Origin: Camelus ferus
Lineage: Eukaryota
NCBI RefSeq assembly: GCF_009834535.1
Contig: NC_045697.1
Location: 43,898,001 to 43,962,000 of the forward strand
DNA: 64,000 nucleotides
Direction of reading: 5' to 3'
Both the position numbers and the translations under genes were made by a program. The notes under the pieces are model-generated. The model worked only from the letters and a program-made list of their open reading frames with translations, was not told the DNA's origin and did not search any database. Shown piece after piece: positions 1 through 13,804 of this stretch (position 1 is its first letter; every line of letters starts with the position of its first letter).

Positions 1-27
1 TTGTTGCCACAGCTGGGATTTTGGGGT

Positions 28-255
28 TTTTTTTTCCCAGTTTTATTGAGATATGATTGACATACAGCATTGTGTGAGTTTAAGGTGTACAACATGTTGA
101 TCTGATACACTTACACACTGGAAAACTATTACCACCTGTAGCTAATACTGCCATGTGTCACATAATTACTGTTTCTTTCTTGCGGTGAGAACACTTTAGA
201 TCTAGTCTCTTAGCAACTTTCAAGTATATAATACGGTATTAATTATTATTAATAG
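28..255 (-). mobile_element. L1 (L1MA-type) 3' end fragment
   Basis: ttttattgagatatgattgacatacagcattgtg...tcttagcaactttcaagtatataatac is a typical L1MA 3' terminus in antisense. Confidence 0.8.
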
Positions 256-1879
256 TGCTTGTGTTTGAACAAAAGTTTAGTAATTGGGAACTTCTAGCAA
301 CAAATACAAACCTATGGGGTAATATATCCACACCGGGTTTTCCGGACTTTAAGATTCTACAGCTCCGTTCAAGTTACTCTGCTGATTTCACAAGCCTTTT
401 GTCTTCTTGCTTCATAGGGCAAGATTACCTAAAGTTAAATGCCTAACAGAAGTAGGAAGGGTTTCAGTATTTACATTTCCTTTCTTTAGAAACCTGGAAA
501 CTATTTCCAACCAACAGCTCTGCCGCTTGTCGTATTTAAACCATTGTTTAAATGGCAGCAACATTCTAATCGCAGCAATGTACAGTTAATCTAGGGCTTT
601 CTCACATTCCTCACTCCATTTTGCTTCTTAAAGCATTCAGCATCGTTGATCTGCTTCTTCTGTGAAAAAGGTTTCTACTACTTTGACTCCAGCGGTGGTT
701 TTCTGTTTTTCTTCCACCTTCTCTGACTCTACCCCTCCTGCTGTCTTTGCTTACTTGGTTTTCTCCTGTATTCATTTAAGGAATATTTCTGGAGGGACTG
801 CAATATGCCAGACACTGTGCTCCCAACAGGGAGCAGAACGGATGTGGAGCCCCCGAAAGCAGAGGGACAGGTGTGGACTAAACCAGTAAAAAGGGTGGAT
901 TTGCAAGGACAGCCTGTGATGGGGGTACTGGGCCATGGGGAGCTCAGGGAAGGCCACTGGGGCTGAGATCTGAAGGGCAGGTAGGCACCTGTGGATGAGG
1001 TGAAGAGGTGAGGCCACAGCCCCAATGTTTCCATCTTGATCAGCATCCTTGATTTGCATAGTGTTTGCTGGTTTAGAACCACTTCTACACACATCACATC
1101 ATGCTGATATTCTGTGGAGGGGAGGGCAGGCATTAGTAGCCCTTCATGTATTGAGGACACAAGGTTCAGAGCCATTAAATGATGTACCCAGACTCACATG
1201 GTCAGTAAGCAGCACTACTAGACTGATCCCAGGTCTCCAACCCTAAGTTTTGAGAACCCCATTTTCTCTTCCTTGGTGACTCTCTCACTCACTCACATGT
1301 GACCTCAAGAGAAAGCTCTTAGACCCACTTCTCTTCAGATGCATGTTTCACATTAGCAGCTGGATAGTTCCACGTGGCATCCCAATTATGTCACTTACTG
1401 AAATATCAGAAACCATTAGTCTTCCACAAAAAAACAGTTTTGCTCTTAAAGTTTCTTACATTTGTTCTAATAATTTTGTTCTGCCAGAATCTTGAATTCA
1501 TTCTCTCCTTCTTTGCCTTGGCTTCTGGTGAGCCACCCAGTCCACTGACGGGTCCCATCACAAAAACTTGTACATCTGTTTTTCCAATTTCATCTCCATT
1601 TCCATCCCCTCTCATGTCAGTGTTTCATCAGGCAAAAAATGTCTCTTGTTCCTTCTGTGTGTAAAATACCGTCTTGCCCTCAAGAAGTTTACAACCCAAA
1701 CTGAAGATCAGACATACCCACAACCATCCAGAGAGCAGGATATCACAAACATGCAAAGTGCTGTGTCAGTTACATCACACGTGTCAGGAACTTTTCTAGG
1801 CACAGGAATAAAAAGAAGAAGACATGCTTTCTGTGCTTGAGGGGCCTTGCAGTTGAGGAGGGAGGGAAGGACCAGAGCA

Positions 1880-1995
1880 TAAGCTCCACGAGAGTGAGGA
1901 CTTTCGTCCGCTTTGGTTCACTGCTGTACCCCCAACCTTTAGAATAGTGCTGGGCACACAGCAGGGTCTTGGTAAATATTTGCTGAAGGAATCAG
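1880..1995 (+). mobile_element. L2 3' end fragment
   Basis: aagctccacgag...gttcactgctgtacccc...tagaatagtgctgggcacacagcagg...taaatatttgctgaa. Confidence 0.75.
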
Positions 1996-3270
1996 TGGAT
2001 GGGCATATCTGTAACAGCCCTCTGGCTTCACTTGGTTGTTTTCAAAGGTTCCGTCCTAGAACGCAAGCATGAATTGAGACTGGACTGGGTATTAGTTTAC
2101 AAGGCAGATATGTACTCAGAATTTTCCCTCTGCTCCCACACTGATCAACTGTTCTTGACCCCAACATATGACCCTTGGATCTTGTTTCCCTTGAGATGAG
2201 TTATTTCGTAGGGTGCTGCTTAAGTCCTCATAATGATATGAGGGCTCACTCCATCAGTCTTCCTGAGTAAACGTCCACTGCACCCAGCTGGCTAGAATCC
2301 TAAAATACCATTCCTGGTCCACACCCCCAACACCTTCAGGTCACCTGAACTCACCACCTCGAGACAAACCTTGTTAATATGTTGATGGATCTCATTGTAT
2401 ATTCATACATCTAGTCTAATTTTAAATAAAGGGGGCCATATCACACATGTTCTTATCACGGATCCCTTTCTCGCTCCTTTCTCCTTTTCTCCCTTTGTAG
2501 CCACGTCCTGCCCTCCAACTCCACCCCCACCCCAGGTAAATCATGCTGACGACCTCATGTGTCTCTCCATATCTCTCTATTTCTCACACAGTTCTATGCA
2601 GATTTACATATTCATACACATGGATGGCTTTTTGTCACAACTTTACAAAAATGAAGTCGTATCTACTTTTTGCATCTGGCTCTTCCCGCTCAAGAGTACA
2701 TGGTGAAAATCTCAGCAAGTCATCAGTTAAAACTCCTACTTCATTCTTCTTAAAGGCCACATACAGTGTGGACACATCAGTTTGTGCATCCGTTCTCCTT
2801 TGATGGTCATCCACTTCGTTTCTAGCTCTTAGCCACCATGGACAATGCTATAAAAACATCTTTGCATGTTTGTTTGTACCACTAGGATAGAGTCCTAGGA
2901 AAGGAACTATTGAGTCAGTAGAGATATATATTTTATTTTTCAGAGAAGTTTCACTTACTTAACCAGAAAATCCATAGCATTTATTATGTGAAAGCATTTC
3001 ATGAATATTAACTCATTTTTTGATGCCTTCCAAAAAACTATAACACTTCCCATTTCCACCAGTAGGAAACCCTGCCCATATTCTACTTCACATTGCTGGT
3101 TTTATATAAATACATAGTTTATTAGTTTATCCAAAACTTTTGGAATTATTTTCAGTAGATTTTGACTTATTCATCTTTCCTACTATTTTATCTTTTCTGG
3201 GTTTTTTTCTGTCATTAATTTCAACTTTTGCCTTTACTGAGTTCAATTTCCTAATTTCTTTTTCTAAATT

Positions 3271-3474
3271 TTTTTTTACATTTTTTATTGATTTATAACC
3301 ATTTTACAATGTTGTGTCAAATTCCAGTGTTCAGCACAATTTTTCAGTCATTCATGGACATATACACACTCATTGTCACATTTTTTTCTCTTGTGAGTTA
3401 TCATAACATTTTGTGTATATTTCCCTGTGCTATACAGTGTAATCTTTTTTATCTATTCTACAATTTTGAAATCA
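3271..3474 (-). mobile_element. Short LINE-1 3' end insertion, same young family as 34041-35253
   Basis: Reverse complement of the 35050-35250 3' UTR; TSD TTTTCTAAATT at 3260-3270 and 3475-3485. Confidence 0.9.
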
Positions 3475-6400
3475 TTTTCTAAATTAAATGAATATTTAGT
3501 TTCTTTTTTGTTTTGGTATTACTTTTAAATTGCAAAGGCATTTTTAGAGCTCTAAATGTTCCTCTTTGGCACTGTTTTCTCAATAGAAGTGTAAATCTGT
3601 AAATTTCAATAGAAGTGGTTCCCTTTTCATTGGTTTCTAGAGACTAATGAGTTCCTTTTTATTTCCACTTTGATCCAAGACTTATCAAGGAGTTTCTTCC
3701 TTAATTTCTAACTACTTACAATTTTAGGTCACCTTTTATCATGTATGTATAATTTTACATTTTTATGAAAAAATTTTTCTTTATTTTTAGGATGGGAGAG
3801 GTCCTTATATGTACTATATCAAGTTGTTTGATTATATTATTGAGTTCATCTGAATAACGTTTTGACTAGTATTACATTGTATTATTTTGGTGGTCTGAAT
3901 TATTTTTTTTCCAGTTTTATTGAGATGTAATGAAATAGAGCACTGTATAAATTTAAGGTATGTAGCATAATGAATGGGGTTTTTTTTGACTATTACTTCT
4001 GGCTAATTGTGAGAGAGCAATTTCGAAATCTCTCATTATAATTGTGTATTTATAAGGTTTTCCTTGCCTATACGCATTTAGCTGCTAAGTCCTTTGATGT
4101 CTATTTTATGACTGTTATATCCCCTTTATTATTTGTCTTTTATTATTACTATATAAGGATGTTCTTTAAACTCTAAGTGCTTTTAGCCTGCAGTTTCACC
4201 ACGTCTGATATTAATGTTACTACCCCTGTTTTCATTTGTTTTTCATTTGCCCAGTATTTCTCTGCCTATTATTTTATTTCCACCCTTTTAATATCACCTT
4301 GTTTCAAGTATAACTCAACACGTCCAATGAGCCACATCTTCACTTAATGCTTTTCCAGCACTTTGAACTCTGGCCTTCTAACACCAAGCTCATCGTCTTC
4401 TCCCTAAAACCTTTTTCTCTTCTTTATTTTCTATCTCAGTTGTGATGGGAAGCTCTTGTTTTGCTGTTTGTTCTGAAGAGAGTATCCAATAGCCATTTGC
4501 TATCCATCCCTCCCTCCGTACCCTCCCCAGCCCAGGAGTTCTAGGTGGCATCTCCCCATGGCCACTTCAGGACAGGCACATGACTGCAGCCTAGGTGACT
4601 GGACATCACCTCATTCTAGCCTTAGGAACCCAGACAGAGTGAATGCACTGAGTTGGATCCAAAAAGATGGCGGCTCTCTTTCAGAACAGGCACTTCAGAG
4701 CACAGACCTTGAAACCAGACCACCTGGGCTCAAATCCTGGCACTGCCTCTTATTTGTAACTTTGGGCTAATACTTAATCTGCCTCAATTTTCCTGTCTTC
4801 CTCATTCTTGTGAAAATTACAAGTTTCAGTATATGCAGAAGGTTATGTACGCAATAAGCCTGTGATGTAGGAAGCAAGTATGGGTGCTAACTATTGTTGT
4901 GATGTACCTATTTGTTATACAGGCTCTGAGAGGACAAGCCTGGAGCTGTCAGCAGTCCCTGCACCGTTACAGGGCACGCGAAGTCTGAGAGGGAATGAAG
5001 TCCACACCGAGGAGAGGGGAGTCAGGAGGACAGGCCTGGGCCCTGATCACAGAGGGGGCCCTGGAACAAGTTGGCAGTAAAGCCAGTTGTGTGCCCAGGA
5101 TTCTTCAGAGATGAGGCAATAAATCCCCCCCCCTTTTTTTTTTTGCTTACTATTCTATGACTTGAGTCAGAAAAAGCCTTAAATGACACAACTGTCAAGC
5201 AGTGTTCCAGGCTAGTACTCAAGAACCGTTGCGGTTTCTCTCTCTCTCTCTCACTGTCCGTATCCCACATGGACAGCCTACATGTTCTACTTCTTCTGTT
5301 TCTTTTCATTATGATTCATTTTTTCTACTTTCCTAATTCAGGGGAAAAAAAAGAAAAGCAGTATTTTCTGAATACTGATCATGTGCTTATGTGCTGGGAC
5401 GTGTTCATGTTTTAATCCTGACGGTTACCCTCTGAGGAATTTGAAGCACAGAAATGGTGGCTAACTAGTCCAAGGTCACACAGCGAGCCAGTGGTGATTC
5501 CAGCTCCAGAGGCCACACTCAGCACCACTCTGCTCTACTGTCTTGATAAACATTTACTAAATGGCTAATCCCAGGGACAACGTGAACAGAACTCGCTACA
5601 TGACACAGGCCAGTGGCTACTTTGCCCTTTTTGAAAATGGCAATGACCCTCTGAAGCAGTCTGGTCAATGGCAGGAGTCACATGCACCCAGCCTGATCAT
5701 TATTCTCAGGGAATTGGTCATCAACCACTAAGTCTACCCATTCTCAGCCCCAAAGCTACAGAGCCTGTTTGCAAAGCAAAGAGCAGCACCAGCTGGGTGG
5801 TGTGGCCGTGCCACAGCTCTCAGTCATAAAAAGCCAGACAGACGGCCTGGTGACATTCCCAGCTCGAATTCACACACACACGCACGCATGCACTCACCCC
5901 AGGGCACCGGTCTGTCTCCTCCAAAGCGTAGCTCTTGGGGAATGGCACCATCAAACTCTTTCCGCCACCATTCCTGGATTCCTGGGCCCCTCGTGGTGTG
6001 CAGGAGAATGCTGAGTGCTTCTCTTCCAGGTGCCTCCTTTCAGTTCCTCGAGTCTGCTGAGCTCACACTGGGACTTGTGCCCTCTCCCTGGACGCCCCTC
6101 CCGCCCATCTACACAGCCAGCGCCTGCTCTGCCCACGTGCCTGCTTCGGGGAGGCCTCTCCTGCCCACCCCCTCACTCAGACCCTCAGCCCCTTGAGGAC
6201 TTTCTTCCCAGCCCTTAGAACAACGTGCAGCTGTTTCTTTCACTCGTGTGTTGCCTGGGTTGTGTTTGTGTTGCATGCGTTTTCCTTTTGTCTTTCTCCT
6301 TTATTAGAATGAAACCGAACAGGCAGCTTGAGAGCGGGAGGAAACCTGTTGTTGCCGTTGTACCCTAGCACCGCACACGGGCCAGATGTACAGGTACTCA

Positions 6401-9400
6401 ATTCGTATCTATGTTTGTTGAGTGAATGAATAAAAGACCCAAAGACTAGAACACAGGACCTGGCAGGGGGGTGCTGATTTCACCCCAATCGCAGGTGACT
6501 TCATGGGCCCCTTTTAAAATGCTTGATCTGTATAAATGGGCAGAATGGGTAAAGTCCCCGAACCTTGGATCCTTCTCCGTCAGATAGAATCAATCAATCC
6601 CTGGTTCTTTCCCTATTCTTGTGTGACTGGCTTAGATCACAACTCTAAAGACATTTCAGCATGATCCCATAGCTCCCTGAATCTCTCTGTGCCTTCATCT
6701 GGCTTGGCTCCAGCTTTTAAAGTCACGCTAATGACAAAGGCCTCCCCCTCTCATTCAAAGGGCTCAGCCTCCAGCTGGGGAGAGAGGCAGATGAGGCTCC
6801 TACTGCGGAAGAGAGGGGGACACAGGGGACACTGGAAGAACCTGAAAAATGGAGCTTCATCCTGAGGAAGAGCAGGGATGACAGGGGAGGGGGAAACACA
6901 CCCTCCTGCATCTCCTCCATGTATCCAGGCACTCCCATAGTATCTCATTAATCCACACCACATTCCTGTGATATGGAGGCTTCACCACTGCTTTGTGGTT
7001 GAGAGTCATAGTGGGGAAAAGGGGGCTTTGTGTCAGAGAGACCTGGGTTCAAATTTCACCCTTCCAAATTATTCGTTGTAGAGCCCTTGGGCAAGCTACT
7101 TAACTTCTCTGGGCTCAGTCTCCTTATCTTTGCTATGAAGATAATAACAAAGAGGGTTGTTAAGAATATCAGATGGTTGAATATCACACTGGTTGAAATG
7201 ATTTTGTGCTCAGCACACACTAGGTACTCAATAAGTCACAGCCTTTTTTTATTATGAGATTTGCCCAAGATCTGCTAGAACTTGATGGCCTCTTGCCTTG
7301 TAAGATCCTAAGGATATTTTCTGTACAGCCCATAGGCTTGTCTCACTTCCCAGGCTGTGAGCCCTTCCAGGACGGGAATGATGTCACCTCCCTCTTTGGT
7401 TTAGTGGCCTCGCTATGCAGTGGCTATAACTCACACCCCAGTCTCCTGAAATAATGTAGCACTGATCGTGCAGACATTCGGTTTTCTACTCAAAGGTATG
7501 TGTGAATGTTCGCAGATGAGGCAAATGCCCTCTGAAATAAATGAGCACCCAGGTACCCCTCTTTTCCCCTTTCACCTCCAGGAGCAACTCCCTCTGTACA
7601 CACACCTTACCTAGGGTAAAACCGTTCTAGTGAAGTGACTCATTTGCGTTTTCTGTTCAAATCCCATGAAAGAAAATACGACTTGCCAGAGTCACACTAA
7701 GAGGAAGGAAGGGCATTTTAACCTCTGCTAAACTAACAAATTTTTAGTCAGCAACCGGAAACAATTGAGGTTTTTATTTACAATATTGTACATCTTATGA
7801 GCCTATCTAATGACTCATGAGGTGATTCATTCCCTCTCTCATCCCTCTGCCCAGTTCCTAAGATCTGCCCATTCATCTTAAGATTTCCTGCTAAAGCCAT
7901 CCTTTGCTTTCCATCTCTGTTCAGGCCCCTGCCTCCTCCTTCTCTCTGTGAAATTGCCCCTCCAGTGGGTTCCCTGACGACAGTCATGCCTTCTAGAATC
8001 CAGACCCCACACTGGCACCAGACAGGTAGCTCCACATCCCACGCCACCCACCACCCTTCAATACCTTCCCTTGTCTCCACCACTCAGCTCTTGAGCTTGA
8101 ACAGAAGTCTCAACAACCTGACGAGAAGGAAGGATGAATATATCGTTCGCCTTTTTGAGACCTAAGACCAGTTGCCCAGTTCTTACTTTTAAACGTGTTT
8201 CAATATCCTTAAATGCCTTAGGAAGTAAATGAATTATAGAAATCCTAAATAAATAAGCAAGCTTTGCGCTTTCATAAAATATTTTGTTGCCCAATCATAA
8301 ATCAGTCTTGCTGTCTAAGGGAGCAGCGTTGTCAGGCAAATGTCACATAAAATAAATGGAATGAGATACAATGAGGTGCTCACTTTCTTAAAAGGAAAGC
8401 ATGGATCCCCAGGCAGTAGAGACAACCTTGGCACAGTTCCTCTTTCCCAGATCTGCCTCCTAAGTTTCCACACCCCTAACCCCACCCTGCTAATTACAAC
8501 CCTGGCTACAGCAACAAAACAGTCCTGTTCCAGAGGCTTCTCCTGGTTGATCTGGGCTGCTGTCCTCTGTAGATAACCTGAGTGTGGTAAGTTACTTTTG
8601 CAGTAATTTCCATGTAGCAAACCTCTTGTCTTTCTCTTTCATCTTCTTTCAAAAGAAGAAAAATTATTTTAAAAATTATAAATTACGGAGCCAGTAAAAT
8701 TTTACCATGTATCAGGGAAAGGCAGAATTGAATAGTAGGTATGAATCATTTGCCCAGGTGAATTTTTGTTAAAACCCGAGTGTCTGCAACATGTAATTGT
8801 CTTTTAAATTAAATCTGACAGTGGTGATTCTTAAGAGTCCTGTGTATATCATGACTTTCTTTAAAATGCGCTAGTTGTAAGAGGAAAAACGTTCTTAATC
8901 ATGAAAGAAGAAATAATTGTATCATCATTAAGACTGTTGTGTATAAACAGAATAGTCTAAATTCCTTCTAGAATCTGTCTTATTTTGTAATTGGTTTCAA
9001 ACCACCTGCAATTTGGTGTTGAATTACTTTTGCCAGTGGTGGGGACACAATGTCTGCTTCAGTCATTTTGATGTGTATTATTATTTTATTGTCTGAAGTT
9101 CATTCTAAATGTCTCTGTTTCTATATAACAAAAACAATTTTTTGAGATCATCACAATCTGGCCTCTCGTTACCTTTCCTGATTTGTATCCTTGCTATTAT
9201 TGTCACTATTACCAAGGCAGGTCTCTGTATTTTCACTGTTGAGGGGGGAAAAAAAGCTTCTCACTTGCATGATTTAAAGAAATGAGAAAAAAAGAAGCTT
9301 TTTTCCTCCATCTTACTTCCAGATCCCTAAAGGCAAATATATTTCTTAAAGATGGTTGATAAAAGGCAGAGGGTTTCAGGAGGTGGCGTTTCTGTTATGT

Positions 9401-11469
9401 AGATAGATATCTAACCTAGAGATTTTGAAATTGTGCATAGGAGACCTGCAGTTTCTATATTCATACATTTGTTCACTCATTCATTTTTTTAAAAACACTC
9501 ATTGAGCATCTACTGTGCTCCAGGCACTGTTTTAGAATAAAAAGGTGAATGGCCAGCACCTGTGGAGCTCAGACTCCAGTAGAGACAAGAGACCTGAAAA
9601 CAGCTGGTCTTAAGATACAACCAGGACCAGACAGGCATCTTGAGAGGTCTCAGACACTTCAACAAATATGTGGTATGCTGCCCATCCACACCCCTCCCTA
9701 TGTAAGGAAGTCCAATATAATTGTGGTTATTTCCCTCAAAAGTTACTTTTATTTGAAGAAGAGGGCTAAATATCTTCCCCAAGCTTTCCCTCTTTTATTT
9801 CACTTTGTTGTTCTAAGTTTATTGGTGCCCTGAGGTTACGCTTAGTTTTACCTCTTGGCAGGTAGTCGACTCTAAGAATAACCCTAATAGCACTTGAACA
9901 CCTTAGCAAAATGCAGAGGAAACTGGGAGGACTGAGCGGGCATCCATGGTCAGCCAATAGTTTTATTGAGAAATTAGCACCTGACACCACTTTGAAACTC
10001 AGTTGGGTTTTATGGAGGGAGGGAGGGAAAGTGGAGACAAATGCGCGTGAATTTAATGGCTGCCCCTCTTAGTGCACAGATCGTGTTCTGGAAGAGTACA
10101 CCTGGAAACTCTTGGGAGAAAACATATTATATAATGTTTATACAATATATAATGCATATTATACATTATATATCAAGTGTTTGTCTAGGCTGCTGCCTTT
10201 CTCCTGAATTAAACTTGTCAATATTTAAGTGCTTCATGGCCACCAGGTAACTGTGTTTTCACCAAAGTTTTGAGATCCATTTATATTGACTAGAGCATTC
10301 ACAAATGGTTTTGTAATCTTCTTAAAAAGTATTGGATGGGACTTGCCCAAGTTATAGATTACAGACACCACTCAGATTCGATTTTATAGCTAAGAAGCAG
10401 CACTGGCTTAACCCTCTTTACTTCCATCACCAGTGCAAGTTGTTGGTGTTGGGTGGCAGTAGGGGGCTCTTCCCCCAACCCCTTGCCATTAAAACAAAAT
10501 CTAAAATCATTTAACAAAGTTGACTGTTTGCCAAAAAGTCTTTTCTTTTAAGTCAACCAAGTCCCTTCACAATGTTTGTGCCAAAGTAGATACATCTGTT
10601 AGCTGCCTTGACTTACCAGGTAAGTGATCTTCAACCCACGTGATTCAAAAGACAGATAATTCCATTTCAAATGTGAGTCACAGCAAGATTTAAAATACAG
10701 TTCTGTGCTTCATAGGTCTTCTGGTTCTTTTAGCTAAGACATTAAATCTGAGACATTTACAGGATTGCTATACTACAATGACCAGATATCAGACATGCCA
10801 AACATGGGTGAAGCCAAGCCCTCTGCAAGTCCAGGATCTGGTGATGCCCTCTTCCCCTCTTGGGATTCCCCACTGTTGAGCTCCTATTGGAGATAGAATT
10901 CCAAGAAAGATGTGAAGGGAGAAACAAATAGAACAAAGGCAAGACATGAGTCTGGGGAAATAAATAATTGCCTAAGAGAGGAGTCTGATTTTAGTTGAGG
11001 GCTTTCATGATATCTGCATATGAGTTGAGACTGCAAAGGTAACTCAAAAGTTCATTCACTCAACCAGTAGTTTTTCAACCTATGATTCTGCAGACAGAAG
11101 TAAATTATGGGATGAGCTGGAAGAACTCAGATTAAATTGTTTCTTAGAAAGACATTTTATGCTCCTTTATACCAATTCAAGAGTCATGGTAGAAGTCTTA
11201 ACTAATTAGATAATAATTCTGAGCCAGAGCACAATGATTGGATCTCACTTCTAAGGGAGATGAATACTTGCTCCCCAGGTACATCAGAAAGGGAAGCACC
11301 CTTCTCTTCACTGTAGGAGGAATTGTTTTATTGCCACATTTGGGAGTATTCTTATTAAAACATGGTCCTGCACACAAATTTTTTTCATTAAATGGAAGGA
11401 CATACATCACAAATGTCAATGGTGGTTAGCTTTGTATGGCAGATTTAATAGAGATTTTTTTCTTTTGAT

Positions 11470-11492
11470 TGTGTGTGTGTGTGTGTGTGTGT
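11470..11492. repeat. (TG)n microsatellite
   Basis: About 11 perfect TG units. Confidence 0.9.
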
Positions 11493-11685
11493 GATTTTTA
11501 GACTGGTCTTCTTTGATCATGTTATTTGAGCTAAATTTTTTAAATTACACATGTTAGGGGTAAAAACTAAGTGGTAGGGGAAATATGAAGTTAGAAGGGA
11601 AATGTGTGTTTTATTTTTGTGTAAGAGACTTAAGCTCCACTACTTCAATACTCAAGTCATCATTTTGGATAGACTTCCTTTAATA

Positions 11686-11830
11686 CAGTGATTCTCAACC
11701 TTCCCTGCGCCATGAAATCACCTGGGAAGCATTAAAAATCTCAATTCCAAGGCCACTAACCCCCTTTATTTACCCCGACCAATGAGTCAGAATCAAAATA
11801 GAGTCAAGTGGTTGGTATTTTTAAAAAGTC
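11686..11830. mobile_element. MER5-like hAT fragment (similar fragments near 20110-20260, 22200-22340, 23175-23310, 37200-37305)
   Basis: cagtgattctcaacctt...aatcacctgggaagc...gagtcagaatc. Confidence 0.6.
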
Positions 11831-13084
11831 AACTCATTACATATTAAGATTCCATATTGCAATTTTTTTTTAACCTCTATAGCATTGACCAGGAAGTTAC
11901 ATTACTTAAAATTAGATTGCATGCGTGTTTTACTGCTTTCTTTTATTGTCACTTTCTTTTATTGGGTGGGTTTTGGTAACATCTGACATAAAAGTTTTCC
12001 AAGTTCTCTGGTGTAAAACGTTGGGACTTCGATCAGTCATATAGGCACATGTGATTTATTAGTGCACGCACAAGGTGGGCTGCTTAACAAAACACCATGG
12101 TTTGTTTTAAATGGATCGTTTAAATATCAGTTGTAGCCTGTGCTCGCTGATTCTCCTTTCTAAACTTCCCCACTGGCCACTCACTAAAGCAGTCCCAGAA
12201 TGGGTTTCTGAGAAAAACACAGACTTTGCAGCAGGTACGCCTTTGCCGTACCTCCATCTTGAATCAGGACGGCCATCAACTCACCTCCATGCTACACCAG
12301 GGTGGCCTTCCATTCAGGCCTGTGTCCTGGTTGTATCCTTTAATTTTTATAACAATGCATTGCCTTATATGCCTTTCCTTCTGCGTACCTATTCCTACAT
12401 ATGATAAGCAGCCCCAGGTAGAAATATGAGCTCAGGTCCTTGCCAAGGTCTTCTGATTCAGCCCCACAGCTGCCCAACCCCTATTAAACCCCAGCTGGTG
12501 AAAATACAATTCATGGAGGGTTGTTAAAGAACATGCATCCATGTGTTTCACTGAACAATCTAAAAAGTCTGATTTTTAATCTTGAATCATCCCAGATTAT
12601 CAGGGAGGTAAATACTTAGATGGGATCATTTTAGCTTCTCAGTGATCCCTTTCAGTGGTTCCACCCCAGTACTGTGCTTTAACCCTATATTAGGGAATAG
12701 GTTCGGGAAAGTCACTGTTGTGTTTATCACAGAGATACTGATAAAGGCTTGGCCAGTCTACATCGTCTATCTTTTTTTTTTTTTTTTTTTTTTTTGAAGC
12801 ACTTGTTGAGAAATTTCTCTACATCTCAACCTGTTTTTATTTTATGGGCATGGTTAATCTCCTGAATGTTTGTGTTTCCTCTTTGCTTTGCCTGGTAGGA
12901 AGCTCAGAGTCTACTTTGCAGTTCATGTCAAGCACTGTATAGGAACCTTAAAGCAAGCAGTAAATTTGCTTCAGGCTTTTATTTTCCCTGAGCCTGATTT
13001 CTTCATTTTTGTATTTTATTATGTATGTAAATTTGTAAACTGCTGAAGCCTTCTTAAAAACAAAATGAGAGTATAAATCAGAAT

Positions 13085-13307
13085 TTCTCAGCCTTGACAC
13101 TAGTGAGTCAAATAATTCCTTGTTGGTGGAAATGGTGGGGTGGGAAGGGGAAAGCGGAGGGAGGGGAGGCATCCCGGCGTCCAGATGCTAGATGACAATA
13201 GCAGCTGTTCCCCTCACCCCAAGTCATGACAATCGGAGTGTCACCAGACATTGCCAGATGTCCCGGGGTGGGGGGGCAAAATCACCCCTGATCAAAACTC
13301 ACTGGTA
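13085..13307. mobile_element. MER20-like hAT DNA transposon
   Basis: tttctcagccttgacact...cagacattgccagatgtccc...gggcaaaatcacccc..actgg. Confidence 0.8.
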
Positions 13308-13336
13308 TAAATGAATAAATAAAAATATTGAGCATG

Positions 13337-13804
13337 TAGGATCCCTGGCTGGGTCTGAAAATTAAACTGGTAAAGACAAATTGACAAGAGAAAAGCATGG
13401 AAATTTTATTTTAATTTTTACATGTACATGGAAATTTTCATAAAAGAATAAAGACCCAAAGAATTCACAAGAGCAGGAAGCTTTTATACTTTTTAGATAA
13501 AGAAACAATTAATTTGTGAAGAATTGACAAGACAAAGGGCTTGGCTCTAGGGGCACTAAATGGTGAGGAAGTAACAAGATTTGTTTATTCTGGCCCTAAA
13601 TTCCATCTCTGATGATAAGAATGTCTCCCTTTCTCCTGATGCAGGGAGGGTACCTTTCACATGAGACATTCATCTCTTACTTTCAGGGAAGACGGGAAAG
13701 GAAGGGGCCTTCTTGCTTCTGCCATTTTCTCAAGCTCCTTCAGCTTGAGCTATTCAGTATGTCAAAGTGCCATATTTGGGGGTAGTTTGTTCTGAACTCC
13801 ATCA
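13337..13804 (-). mobile_element. ERV1-class solo LTR (MER34/MER39-like), partial
   Basis: aagacaaattgacaagagaaaagca, ttttatt (antisense poly(A) signal), gccatatttggggtag...ttctgaactccatca terminus. Confidence 0.7.

Noticed and set aside
729..1175. 148-aa minus-strand ORF
   Set aside because: No recognisable homology or splice context; overlaps decayed L2-like sequence.
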